Shown: piece after piece, positions 45,272-57,454 of the stretch
Numbering within the stretch: position 1 is the first letter of the stretch
Layout of the letters: each line of letters starts with the position of its first letter
Source of the DNA: Mayamaea pseudoterrestris
Lineage: Eukaryota
Direction of reading: 5' to 3'
Assembly: GCA_027923505.1 (NCBI GenBank)
Contig: BROI01000018.1
Location: forward strand, 186,001 to 250,000
Length of the DNA: 64,000 nt
Notes under the pieces: model-generated
Databases searched by the model: none
The model's input: the letters and a program-made list of their open reading frames with translations, nothing else
What the model was told of the DNA's origin: nothing
Program-made: the position numbers and the translations under genes

Positions 45272-46985
45272 ATGAGCGGACCATCCAACGGACTAAAGCT
45301 CTCCCAAGTGGACGAGGAGACGCTACTCTCCGGAGCTGAAGGGTAAGTGGCGAGAATAGACGGACATGCAATTGTTCCTTGAAAGACTGCATGTTGCATA
45401 TTAGCTCAATCGGCCTTCGCTTTCATGTCGACACAAAATACACTCTCTCATTCTTAAACTTGTCTGCACTAAACGATACAGATTCACTCCATCCCAAATA
45501 TTCGTTCGCAATCCTGCTTGTATCGCTTACACGTATGACGATCTCATTATGATGCCCGGGCACATTGGCTTTGGCTTGAACGAGATTGACATTTCCTCGC
45601 ACTTGACGCGCAACATTAAGCTTCAAGTACCCTTTGTTTCGAGTCCAATGGACACTGTCACGGAACACAAACTCGCAATCACCATGGCGCTGCAGGGTGG
45701 TATTGGTATCATTCATTCCAACATGTCAGTCGATGAGCAGGCGGAGCAAGTTCACAAAGTCAAGCGCTTCAAGAATGGTTTCATCATGGATCCAGTCTGC
45801 TTGTCGCCAGAGCAAACGGCGGAGGATGTGTTTCGCACCAAGGCGGATTTGGGTTTCTCTTCGTTTCCCATTACCGAGGATGGAAAGATGGGAGGCAAGT
45901 TGCTTGGCATTATTTCAAATCGCGATACTAGTTTCATTGAGGACCCGACCGCTAAAATTAAGGAATTCATGACACCTCGTAGCCAGCTTGTGGTTGCACA
46001 GGAAGGTGTCTCGCTTGTGGAAGCCAATGATATTTTGAAAGACTCGAAAAAGGGTAAACTACCAGTGGTGAACAAGAATGACGAGTTGGTCGCCTTGATT
46101 GCTCGCACCGATTTGCAAAAGAACAGAGACAATCCATTGGCGTCCAAGGATGAGAAGAACAAGCAGTTGCTTGTCGGAGCTGCGATTGGAACGCGGCCAG
46201 AGGATCGCGATCGAGCCAAGGCCTTGGTGGAAGCTGGTGTCGATGTACTTGTTGTCGATTCCAGTCAAGGAGACTCAATCTACCAGCTTGAAATTGTCAA
46301 GCATTTGAAGGAAAGCTATCCACAAGTGGATGTGATTGCTGGCAATGTCGTAACTCCGTCGCAGGCTCTTCATTTGATAGAAGCTGGCGCGGATGGTTTG
46401 CGCGTCGGTATGGGTATCGGCAGCATTTGCACGACGCAAGAAATCTGCGCCGTCGGACGAGCGCAAGCGAGTGCTGTCTACCATGTTGCCAAGTTTGCCC
46501 GAAAGTTTGGTGTTCCGATTGTTGCCGATGGTGGCATCAAGTCGACTGGTCATATTACAAAGGCGTTGTGTCTCGGCGCTGGCGCAGTCATGATGGGCAG
46601 CATGTTGGCAGGCACTGACGAGAGTCCCGGCGAATATTTCTATCAGGATGGCGTTCGTTTGAAGCGATACCGTGGAATGGGAAGCTTGGAAGCAATGAGC
46701 CAAGGCAGTGAAAAGCGCTACGTTTGGGACACCAATAGTGCGACAGCCATCAAGGTCGCGCAGGGTGTGAGTGGTGCCGTGCAGGACAAAGGAACACTTC
46801 GTCGATACATTCCGTATTTGATGCAAGGAGTCCGTCATGGCTTACAGGATGCTGGTTGTCTCAGCGTCGACGCTGCTCGTGAAAAGCTGTACAATGACCA
46901 GTTGCGATTCGAGATTCGATCACCTGCTGCGCAAAAGGAAGGCAGTGTTCATGGACTTCACAGCTTCGAAAAGAGACTGTACTAG
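45272..46985 (+). CDS. IMPDH: Inosine-5'-monophosphate dehydrogenase, 2 exons
   Basis: [22 protein letters not shown] pair, [36 protein letters not shown]. Intron 45343-45481. Confidence 0.98.
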
Positions 46986-47175
46986 CCATCTAAACAAAAT
47001 AGTTAGACTGTACAGTAGAGCACTCATTAGCTGGTAGGTGTACTAGCCGGGGTCTCTACTTGCAGAAGTAGGCGGGATCATGGCTGAGAAATCGCATCGG
47101 TTCTCGGTGTGACGTCCTACCCGCGACGACGACGAGCGCACGACAACACAAAAAATCGACATTGCGATTGGTACC

Positions 47176-47889
47176 ATGTCATCCAACTTTGGTGAACTCG
47201 TGCTCATTCTCGGCGACTTGCACATTCCTAGTCGAGCATCAAGTATTCCGGCTCCCTTCAAACGCATGCTTGTGCCAAACAAGATGCAGCACGTGATTTG
47301 TACGGGCAATATTTCGGCTGCCGATTTCGATGAGCTCCGAAGCCTAGCTCCCAACGTTCATATCGTTTCTGGGAATTATGATGATGCGCAGACGAGTGGA
47401 GCGTCATTTCCAGAAACAAGAGTCATTCAGGTCGGATCGTTTCGGATTGGGTTAGTTCATGGACATCAACTTCTGCCATGGGGATCGCAGGAAGCTGCGG
47501 CCATGATGCGACGAAAGCTTGGCGTTGATATTCTCGTTACTGGCCATACGCACAAGAATGAAATTTCTATTAGGGATGAAACACATATGTACATCAATCC
47601 GGTAAGATTGATTCAGCGTGCTAGCTTATCTTTCGCAATGACTTTCTAGCGGCTCACATTGTTCCACCTTTTTCTCATTCTCCAGGGCTCCATCACTGGC
47701 GCCTATTCATCCATAACCGCGAATGTCACTCCTTCATTTGTTCTACTTGCCGTCCAGGAAACGAAGGTGGTTTGCTACGTGTACGAGCTGGTCAATGAGG
47801 AAGTTGAAGTCACAAAGACGGAGTTTGAGAAGAAGGCTCCCGAGCCATCGTCTGCCAATTCTAGCTTGATGCAGAGCCTCTTAACGTAA
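47176..47889 (+). CDS. VPS29: Retromer subunit VPS29, 2 exons
   Basis: LVLILGDLHIP...FKRMLVPNKMQHVICTGN...HGHQ...DILVTGHTH...INP|GSITGA...PSFVLL. Intron 47602-47685. Confidence 0.96.
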
Positions 47890-48554
47890 ATAATGTTTCA
47901 TTATTATAGTAACTTTAACCGTTAACGAGTGTACAGATGGTCGTGTCTGCTACTAATACTCGTAAACATCACAAGACACGGACTCGTTCCACGACCATCT
48001 TATACAAAGTCCGAAAGAGAATGCTAGTGGAGTCCTATGGACCATTTGTGCTTGCAACATTGTCGCCTTCTCATTTCTCATTTCAAAAAGAAAGGAGAGT
48101 TGGAACACCTTTCTCGCTCATCGGATTGCCGACAACGGATCATTTTGACGTCGTCGTTTCATTTGACCGTAGAAATCATAATTACGTCGCTTGAGCCAAC
48201 CACTTCTAACAGTCTTCATTCCAGTAACAGGACGCTAAACCCTGCGGAAGCCTAAACGGTGAACTGCTGAGAAAGTCAAGATGAATTGACCAGTTACTTG
48301 CTACAAACTATCATAGGCTCTGCTATGATTGAACGTGATGAATGAGGCTGCAATATGGACAAGTCAGTAGCTTTGTCTCCGCCGTAGAACCTGCAGAAGT
48401 CTGATGAGAGTTAGCAAATAATATTCAACTATTTTACAGCTATATATAGGCGAGGTACGCCTGCGGGCTAGTTATGCGTATCGCAATCAGCATGTGCAGA
48501 ACCAAAACCGTGTATGCGACATGTCCGGTTTAACGTTGATGGTGAGCCAGTACA

Positions 48555-50270
48555 CTAGGACGCTTCCTTGTCATCTGAACTCACCGACTGAAGCTCATTA
48601 AACCTCAAGGGACTGAGATGCAACAAGAATCTGAGTGGAAGGAGCAGCAGCCAAATGAAAAGACGACCGAACAGAAGCACCAGTGGCAGAGCAAGGATGG
48701 TCGTCACAAATGGCTCTGCATCATTACAAACAGCTTCAACCTTAGCTCGCTTTTGCTCATCCTCCACATGTCCCAACAACCTCCGGCAAGATGACTCAGC
48801 TGCTTCTACTAGATAATTCATTCCATCTTGCCGTACCAAACTCATTGTATCGACCACCTTACTCTTAAATGAGCGTGCGATGTTGGAAATGGACTTGACA
48901 GTTGGAGCGACGTGCTTTTCATATAGTGGCGCTGCATGCTTTGTAAAGTGGGGAGCAACATGTTTCGCATACACTGAATGAGCCGACTCCAATATCGTGT
49001 GTACGCTATCCTTAACGTGGTCGCGATACAAAGCATGCGTTGTCTCAACGACGGGAGCTGTCACAGCTATATAAATTATTTCAGCAAATTCCCCAAGATG
49101 TGTAACGTTAAGGTAAGCTCGATTTTGAAAGGATGATTCCCAGTATGTAGCACTCTGAGGCATGTGAGGGGGAAGTGTGTCAGCGCATCTTCATTTACGT
49201 GTCAACGCCCGGTTAGCCCTAGATTTGATCACCCTTACCACACTTAAATCTCGCATCATATGCTCAAATAACGCCTTGTCTACTCTGGCAGCTTGAACGG
49301 TCTGCTCGAGTTGTTTCATCACTTCCGACAGCTTTTGCTTTGTCAATTCAGATTCCTTCCGCAGTTCCTCGCTTCTAGTCCGAGCGTCGTTCAACTCTTC
49401 CTCATAATTGTCCAAGCGAATTTTCAGATCTTCGGCCATGGCCTGGTATTCTTCAAGTTCACTATGAGTCTCAGCAATACTCGCTTCAAAATCCAATGTT
49501 AAATTTCTCACAAGCTCTTCGCGCTGCTCAATCAGCCTTGACTCGAGCTCCTCAATTGCGGTCACGTCAGCATCTATTTCTTGGTCCTTGTTGTCATTCA
49601 ATTTTCTCAATCGTTCAATTTCTTTCTGTGCTTCTGCTAGACGATTTTCAAGCTCTTCATTCTCCGACTTTAGTTCTTGCTCGACGTGACTCTGAGCCAA
49701 GAGCCTCGCCTCCAGCTGTTCCAAAGTAACCGACTGTGAATTGGGTGGCGTTTCTATATCATGTTTCTTGTAACCTGTCAACTTTAACTCCTGCAGTTCA
49801 TTCTGCGCTTCTGCGAGGCGAGTCTTGAGTGCTCCAACCTCAGCAGCCCAGTCCTTCTCGAGCTCTTGCCGCTGAGCCGCGAGTCTCGACTCCACTTCGT
49901 CGAGTGTGATCGAGTCTGTCGTCGGATCGGGCCTCGATTGACCTTCTTGTGCATCTTGTGTTGGCAGTTTGCTATTTTCTGCTCCAAGATTTTGTTGAAG
50001 CTGCTGTAGTTGATGGTTGATCTTGACTTGTTCCTGGATTCGATTTTTCGCAAGCTCCAGTTGCTCCCGTAATAATGTTTGGTTAACATGAACAGGTTGA
50101 ATTTTTATATCATCCGTATCATCAGATTTGATTTCATTCCTCGACTGTCCTTGGCCATGCGTGTTCATTTGAAAGAGCATTCCGAATCGGTTCTTGCAGT
50201 GCGCTCGTCGCAGTGAAAGAGCAAGGACGAGCCAGAAAAGCAGGGACAGATACCGAGTCTGCCTCATCAT
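48555..50270 (-). CDS. Signal-peptide coiled-coil protein with C-terminal transmembrane segment, 2 exons
   Basis: Hydrophobic leader, long E/Q/L coiled coil, in-frame intron 49155-49238 joining two ORFs, hydrophobic C-terminal stretch. Confidence 0.65.
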
Positions 50271-50528
50271 TAGAAACTACGACAGCGTTAGCACGGTTGG
50301 TAGCGAAGATGATTGGAAAGGGAATAAAGTAAGAGGTAAGAGTACGCAGCAGCGCGTTGGTGCGAATGGAGCGTCGACTCGTCGGTCGTGTCACGCGTCG
50401 AAAATTTCGAAAAAAAGAAGAAGAGTACCGTTATGACTTCATGACGTTTTCATGATAACTTGCGACATTCGACCATGACGGATGGTGCGAAGACGACTCG
50501 GCCCTGACAACCAAAATACCTCGACAAC

Positions 50529-51202
50529 ATGACTACTCTTCGCCAATTTCGCATTGAAGATTGTCTTAAGTTCAACCAAGTCAATTTGGACGTGTTAACT
50601 GAGACATATAATGGTAGGCAACGAGTGTTGAACTAATGATGGCCCAATCGCACCTCTCACATTTATAATCTACATTTTTCGCAGGCTCCTTCTACATGTC
50701 TTATCTATCAAAGTGGCCCGAGTCATTTGTCGTTGCCGAATCTCCTCATGGATCCATAATGGGTTACGTTTTGGGGAAAAGCGAAGGTGAAGGCAACCTT
50801 TGGCACGGACATGTTTCGGCCGTGACCGTCGCTCCGGCGTATCGACGTCTCGGTCTCGCCAAAACGTTAATGGATTACTTTGAGGATGTATCGATACGAA
50901 CATATAATGCGTACTTTGTGGATTTGTTTGTGAGACAGTCAAACCACTTGGCAATCAGCATGTACGAAAAGTTTGGCTATCGAACCTATCGACGGGTACT
51001 CGGCTACTATAGTGGGGAGCTTCCAGAGGACGCGCTGGATATGCGCAAGGCTTTGCCAAGGTACGTATTCGCTTGAGACAGTCATGGTTAGAAGTAAGAA
51101 TGTTTTGCTCAATTATATCTTTTTGATTGGTGCAGGGATCCGGACAAGTTAAGTATGGTTCCGCTTGAGCACCCAGTGCTGCCGCAAGACCTAGAATGGT
51201 AG
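50529..51202 (+). CDS. NAA20: N-terminal acetyltransferase B catalytic subunit, 3 exons
   Basis: MTTLRQF...NLDVLTETY...YLSKWPE...GYVLGKSEG...WHGHVSAVTVAPAYRRLGLA...FVDLFVRQSN...EDALDMRKALPR|DPDK. Introns 50614-50684 and 51061-51136. Confidence 0.95.
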
Positions 51203-51347
51203 TAATGGCAATCGGCAACGAAAAATGGCTCAATTGCGGCTTCACCATACTAACTTACAGATTTTTAAATATTATAATTAACGCTAATGAGTGATGATAA
51301 TAGTATGATGTGCGGCCGCGTATGCACGATAAAAATACAGTTCGATT

Positions 51348-53325
51348 CTATTCAGCGGGAAGCTTCTCCTTCAGTCTGCCTTCCAGATTGACATTGGGCC
51401 AGTCGCGCCACTTTGGCATGAGGCCGCGAAAGTCCTTCGCATCCTTCACTCCCTTGAGAAAGGCGCCAATCTGGTCAAGCTCGCGATCGCTGGGATCGTC
51501 AATAAACGAGGAGCAGTCAATAGCATTCTCTGGATGAAAACTGTAGGAACTCGGAGAGTTGTCAATAATAATTGACTGCGATAGGTCGCGGTCCAAAAGT
51601 GACAAGTCCTTAACGTAGTTGCCTTCATAGTAGACGCACGACTCACGAAATAGCCTCGTCCGTATCGTCTTGTGTGGATCAAGAAGGTCAAGTAGCGGAT
51701 CCGCGTACTTGTTAAGACTGGCAGTATAAATGATGATCTCATAGTGCTTGGCCATTTCCACCAAGAACTCATCCACGCCAGGTCGTTTTGCAACATAAAC
51801 AAAGTGAACAACATCTTCAATCTGTAAAAAAATGAGCATGCATGAGCAAACAGTTCGACACCGAGAAAATACGCTGATACGCGGTGCGCGAATAGAGACA
51901 ACGTACCTGTACAGGAATGACAAAATCAGCGCCAGGGACGGCCCGAAAGCTCGAGTGCACCAATGTCTCGTCTAGGTCCAAGACCAGGCAGGGTTTGCCA
52001 TGATCATCCGGATGCAACTTGGGCAATAGCTTGGGACGATTCAGATCCTCCTCTGGCTCAAATTCCTCTTCCGCAGTCGCCTGCGACTTGACCAAGCGTG
52101 GTTGCTGGCGATCGTCTGGTGATAAACAGCAGCACATGAGACGAAAGCTGTCAAGCAGCGTTTCCGTGCATGCCTCCAGCGCCCCTTGCTCCGCCTCGTC
52201 GTCCTCGTGCAGCTTGCCATCCTTGCCGACATGTAAACGAGGCTTGACGCCGGTTGGATGAACTTGACGCGCCTTGACAATGGCGTCACCCGAACGAGGA
52301 GTGGACGCGTTGCCGAAACGATCCGTCTGGGTAATAAAGTCGGGTTTTGCCGCAGTCTCTTCCGACGCAACCTTGGGAGACTTCCGTTGTCCAGGCGACC
52401 GAAGGTCTTTATTGTTTCGGAGACTAGTGGGTGGAGACGACGTTCCACTCGACGTCTTGCCAGTGTACTCTCCGTCGGGATCCTGGCCCGTCGAAACGTC
52501 AACTTTGAGCGTCTTGTTGCTGCTGCTTCTCGTCGTTCGGAGCTTGTTGGATTCATGCGTAGCAGCAGTCATCATTCTCACGGAAGCTTCGGGAGATACG
52601 CGGTCACGTCGGTTACGTGAAGAGTATGCTGTATTGCTGCGAGCGACAATTTGCTTCGACTCGCGCTCGTCCGAGCCAGCACTTGCCCAGTCCCCGTTGG
52701 CAGAAGCTTCCAATTGTTTCTGTCGAAGCGATCGGCTGCTGCGACGGCTCGACTCTTTGGACGACCTTTGTATGTTGGAAGATTCAGGTTGTGCTGAGTT
52801 GCGATTGGAACATGCAGATGATTGATTAAAAAATGCAATGAATGAGTAGTGTGAGAAATTAATGAAGTGCAGCTAAATCAGACTGTGACCCGCACGACGG
52901 AAGCTCCCACCATCGTCGGGGCGCAACGAGCAAACCGCATGACACTTAAGTAACCCGAAGGTCCGGATGCGTTTCATAACCGTTTTGAATGCTCGATCAC
53001 TTAAGCCCGGCAAGTTCAACGGATGTTCTTCGCCTAATTAACCGATGAGTAATCAAAATTGAAACGCTCCCGCTCGTTTCGCGCCTCTCGTGCAAACACG
53101 ACCATGGAGAATCCGTTTCCGCCGACCATCGTGGACCTAAGCCCGGAGATGGTTGCGGGATAAGCATGCAAAACATACTGTATGAAGTTCAATCGTCTTG
53201 ATGCATCGCGAATCGGTTTCCAAATTGCGTTACTCATGCCCTGCGCTTTAACGACTAGCGGTACGTGCACTATGCACGACGACTGATTGGCATGCAAATC
53301 AAAAAAGGGTCTTACCTGTCAGCAT
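51348..53325 (-). CDS. CTD small phosphatase (SCP/CTDSP, NIF/FCP1 HAD family)
   Basis: CLVLDLDETLVHSSF, KRPGVDEFL, YTASLNKYADPLLD, RLFRESC, YVKDLS, IDNSP; MCCC putative palmitoylation motif. Intron approx. 51822-51906. First mini-exon (ATGCTGACAG, 53325-53316) and a ~520-nt intron are inferred. Confidence 0.88.
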
Positions 53326-54044
53326 TTTGCGTGTCAAGTCGTTTGATTATAGCAAACGCAAATTATTTGATTATAATCAAATGTCGATAATCCTTTTCGT
53401 TCTACTCAGTACCCTTATCGAAGCTTGTTGCAGAAGGGAACAAGATGTGTGACCAACGAATGATCCAAATTAATTTGTCGTTGACGCGCACAATGGCGTT
53501 GAGGAATCTTACCGTTGGAATGGTCAGTGCGCGGCGGAACGGAGCAGCCTACTCTCATGGTCCCCCTTTGGAACGGTCCGCGAGCGTTGAGCCGTTTCGG
53601 CAATAGTCGTTTCGACGCGCCAAATGGTTTGAAATAGACATTTGACGTTGTCAACGAGAAGAAGCGGATAAACATGATGCCAGTTGAGCATAGGCGGCCA
53701 TATCCTTACACTTTCTTCAATGCATGTGCGTTGAATTGCGACAGTGAAGGTGCTCGATGGTCGTGAGGTCATGAGTGCACAGCGCGCGAAAGTCTGCCCG
53801 AAAGCTCTGCTACTACGATTTACAAGTTGTGACATATATAGTATTTTTTAGACTGCCTTGTTAAATGCGGTTGTATTTTGTGTGCAGAGCAACAACTGCA
53901 GACGATGAACTGCGCCTAGTCGACGGAACCGAGGAACCGAGCACCCTGTTCTTAATAATGAATGGCTTCGCCTGTCCCAATAGACTTTGTTTCGCGTTCT
54001 ATATTATGTCAATTTGAATTCGCCAAAAAATAGTCTATATCAGT

Positions 54045-54605
54045 CTATAGCTCGGCAGCAGGCGTCGCATCACCATCTCCTTGCCGATGAAGCACCAAAC
54101 GTTCCGTCAAGTGCACTGCCGAGTGTCCATTCGCCCAGCCAGCCCATACTTGCACTGATGGTTGTGATCCGTCAATCGTCAGTAACGTTTCCACATCATG
54201 GTTTGATGCATGGCTGCGAGAGCCTTCGCACATGCGACGCGTCGTAAATGAAGCGCCTTGGGAGGCTTCCACGACATACTGAATGTCATGTCGAGCTAAT
54301 TCGTCAGAAACGCGTAGTTTAATCCGTATTTTGGTTTCATCATTTTCGGCTGGATATGTGAGGGACTCGGTGGTCCAGTCGGTAATGTCATCGTCGTTAT
54401 CAAGCTTGATTTGTAGGTAGACCTTGTGATCGGCTTCCTCGAATGGAACGACATTGTAATTCATAATGACTTCCTCCTCGTCTAGATCAATGAAGCACTT
54501 GAGCCATGACGCATATCCAGAGCTCAATGGGAGCCAAGATAGCTGGAGTATGCATAGTAGCAAGAGCGGTAAGCCTGTTCGACGACGATTGTTTGCCATG
54601 GTCAT
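54045..54605 (-). CDS. Small secretory-pathway protein, Reeler-like, ending in AAEL (possible ER retention)
   Basis: Signal peptide, conserved-looking YASWLKC and VWAGWANGHSAV segments, C-terminal xxEL. The Reeler-like call is tentative. Confidence 0.6.
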   Translation of the reverse strand: MTMANNRRRTGLPLLLLCILQLSWLPLSSGYASWLKCFIDLDEEEVIMNYNVVPFEEADHKVYLQIKLDNDDDITDWTTESLTYPAENDETKIRIKLRVSDELARHDIQYVVEASQGASFTTRRMCEGSRSHASNHDVETLLTIDGSQPSVQVWAGWANGHSAVHLTERLVLHRQGDGDATPAAEL

Positions 54606-54820
54606 TTTTGTTTGTGGCGACGGAACGAAGAAGCGAAGCTCTGAAACTCGCAGTGGTACTGAATGCGACATTGATGACGTCAGATCCTCCTAGGGATGGG
54701 GTTCTCCAAAATGAATCAACGGCGACGATGACGATGAAGACTGCAGCAGCCGCACACTTGTCAATGACCCTAATCTTGCCTCGCTGATACATAGTTTAGA
54801 TCTATAACAATCACTATATC

Positions 54821-57268
54821 ATGTCTGGTGGCTGGGACGTGACATCGACCGAAGAGTTGACGGGAACCCGTCTATCCTTTCATTGCTGGCCGTCCAATCG
54901 TCTCGAGGCGAACCGCTCCGTCGCACCCTTTGGAGCGCTCTACTCGCCTCTCAAAAAGCTTCCGCCGCAGTGCTGTCCTCCAACGACGCTGCCGTATGAC
55001 CCGATTCGCTGCTCGACGCAGACCTGTCACGCAGTCTTGAATCCATACTGTCAGGTGGACTATCACGCGGCCAATAAGCTTTGGATCTGTCCCTTTTGCG
55101 CGGGTCGCAATCACTTTCCGCCTCACTACAATGACAATATTTCCGAAGCCAATCTTCCTGCCGAGCTCATTCCGCAGTACGTGACGTGCGAGTATGAGCT
55201 TCAGACAGTGCCTGACCAAGGACCTCCGTGCTTTTTGTTTGTGATTGATACTTGCACCAACGCAAAGGAGGAGCTGCAGGAATTGGCCGACTCGATTCAG
55301 CAGGCGCTCAATCTCATGCCGTCGGAATGCTTGGTTGGATTAATTACCTTTGGTACGAACGTTTCCGTCTATGAGCTGGGAGCGTCTGAGAATGTATCCA
55401 AGAGCTACATTTTCCGTGGAAACCGCCAGTATTTGCCTGGCCGCGTTGGTGAATTGCTAGGCTGCACCCGTAGACCTGTTCAGCAGCAGCAACAGCAACC
55501 TAACGGACAGCCCCAGATGCCAGCTGGAGTCGCGGGTCCAGCCGAGGAAGTATTGGAACGCTTTTTGCTTCCAGTGTCCGAATGCAGCTTGGCGCTTGAA
55601 AGCATTTTGGAGGATTTGCGCCGCGATCCATGGCCCGTCCCCAGCGACAAGCGTCCGGCGCGCGCCACTGGATGCGCGCTCAGCGTGGCGACTTCCTTGC
55701 TGCATTTGGCCATTCCGAGGCGTGGCGCTCGCATCATGCTCTTCACGAGCGGGCCCTGCACGAGTGGACCTGGTGCGATTGTCAGTCGCTTGAAGGAGGA
55801 TGATATTCGCTCGCATCAGGACTTGGCCAAGGGCGCCGAGCCACTGCATCAGCCTGCCTGTGAATTTTATGCGGCTTTGGCTTTTCCTGGGACAATCCAG
55901 TTGGATGATGGAACAAAAAAGAAGAAGACCAAGCCGGTGGCGCCAACGACGGCCCCGCATCATGTCGTTGATGTCTTTGCCTGTAGCTTGGATCAAGTTG
56001 GTTTGCTAGAAATGAGGGAGCTTGTCGAAGCGACGGGTGGCTTGGTAGTGCTAGGTGACTCGTTTGGTCAATCTGTTTTCAAAGAGTCGTTGCGTCGCGT
56101 CTTTAATCGTTTTCCGGACGAGATTCCTCAGGATGGTGGGCAGATGGAGATGGCGTTCAACGCAACTTTGGAGGTTTTGACGAGTGGAGAGTTCAAAATT
56201 GCGGGAGCGATTGGTCCAGTCACGAGCTTGAATCGGCATGGACCGAATGTTTCTGATGTAGAAGTCGGCAAAGGCGGAACAAACGCCTGGGGTTTAGGTG
56301 GAGTCAATCCCGACACGACGGTTGGCGTTTATTTTGATATTTCAAATACTGGTCCAGTTCCAGAAGGCAAGCGTCGCTACATGCAGTTTCTCACCAAGTA
56401 TCAGCATGCGAACGGTCGAACTCGTCTTCGTGCCACTACGCTTGCTGGCGAATGGTTTAACCCGCCTGTTCTTCCGAAGGATGATCCGATTGCGGAACGT
56501 CAAGCTATGATTAACAGCCCGGTGAAAGCAAGTTTTGATCAAGATGCAGCTGCAGTGTTGGTGGCGCGCATGGCAGTTTATCAGACGGAAACTGATGATG
56601 TAGGCGACGTCCTTCGTTGGGTTGATCGCAGTCTGATCCGCTTGTGTTCCAAGTTTGCCGAGTACGAGCCGGATAATCCTCAGACGTTCAGGTTATCGCC
56701 GGAGTTTAGTTTATATCCGCAATACATGTTCCATTTGCGTAGATCGCAGTTTCTGCAGCTATTCAACTCGAGTCCGGACGAAGCGTGTTACTATCGCTAC
56801 ACATTGGCAAGGGAGACGACGACAAACTCGCTCATTATGTTGCAGCCGACGCTGTTGTCCTACTCGTTTAATGGACCTCCACAGCCTGCTTTATTGGATG
56901 CAGAGAGCGTACGTCCGGATACGATTTTGCTATTGGATACGTTCTTTCATGTCGTTGTGTTTCATGGAGAAACCATTGCTGCTTGGCGCGAGCAAGGCTA
57001 TCATGAGCAGGAAGAGCACGCGGCGTTTCGTGCTTTGCTCGAGGCCCCTCAGTCTGATGCGCAACTTATCATGGATGCTCGGTTCCCAGTTCCTCGCTAC
57101 ATTGTCTGCGATCAGCACAAGAGTGAAGCACGTTTTCTTATGGCTAAATTGAATCCTAGTGTCACGCACAATTCCAATCTCGATGGCGGTGGCGCGCAGG
57201 TCAATACTGACGACGTCTCCTTGCGTGTCTTCATGGAACACTTGATGAAGCTTTCGGTGCAAACGTAA
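54821..57268 (+). CDS. SEC23: COPII coat subunit Sec23
   Basis: Zn finger C..C.AVLNPYC...WICPFC...[78 protein letters not shown]; intronless. Confidence 0.98.
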   Translation: MSGGWDVTSTEELTGTRLSFHCWPSNRLEANRSVAPFGALYSPLKKLPPQCCPPTTLPYDPIRCSTQTCHAVLNPYCQVDYHAANKLWICPFCAGRNHFPPHYNDNISEANLPAELIPQYVTCEYELQTVPDQGPPCFLFVIDTCTNAKEELQELADSIQQALNLMPSECLVGLITFGTNVSVYELGASENVSKSYIFRGNRQYLPGRVGELLGCTRRPVQQQQQQPNGQPQMPAGVAGPAEEVLERFLLPVSECSLALESILEDLRRDPWPVPSDKRPARATGCALSVATSLLHLAIPRRGARIMLFTSGPCTSGPGAIVSRLKEDDIRSHQDLAKGAEPLHQPACEFYAALAFPGTIQLDDGTKKKKTKPVAPTTAPHHVVDVFACSLDQVGLLEMRELVEATGGLVVLGDSFGQSVFKESLRRVFNRFPDEIPQDGGQMEMAFNATLEVLTSGEFKIAGAIGPVTSLNRHGPNVSDVEVGKGGTNAWGLGGVNPDTTVGVYFDISNTGPVPEGKRRYMQFLTKYQHANGRTRLRATTLAGEWFNPPVLPKDDPIAERQAMINSPVKASFDQDAAAVLVARMAVYQTETDDVGDVLRWVDRSLIRLCSKFAEYEPDNPQTFRLSPEFSLYPQYMFHLRRSQFLQLFNSSPDEACYYRYTLARETTTNSLIMLQPTLLSYSFNGPPQPALLDAESVRPDTILLLDTFFHVVVFHGETIAAWREQGYHEQEEHAAFRALLEAPQSDAQLIMDARFPVPRYIVCDQHKSEARFLMAKLNPSVTHNSNLDGGGAQVNTDDVSLRVFMEHLMKLSVQT

Positions 57269-57454
57269 GCCGGCCCGTTGGCTTGTAATAGGGTAGCGAA
57301 AGCAAGAATTTTAAAAGTGATTGACAATGAAGACATAGAAAGTGTAACGCACAGCTAGCATGGCGATTTACAATACAACTGGTGCAACCGAGGCTTTTGC
57401 ACATATATATATATTACTTCATGTAGTAGCTTTTCGAGGCGAAATCGGCATCCA

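Noticed and set aside
47890..48554. Short ORFs between VPS29 and the coiled-coil gene, and similar ones at 53400-54000
   Set aside because: No recognisable motifs, coding-like composition or consistent splice structure; treated as intergenic/UTR.
4415..57268. Functional cluster of trafficking genes (FYVE-lipase, SLY1, BRO1, VPS29, SEC23)
   Set aside because: Scattered over 50 kb among unrelated housekeeping genes; trafficking genes are common enough for this to be chance.
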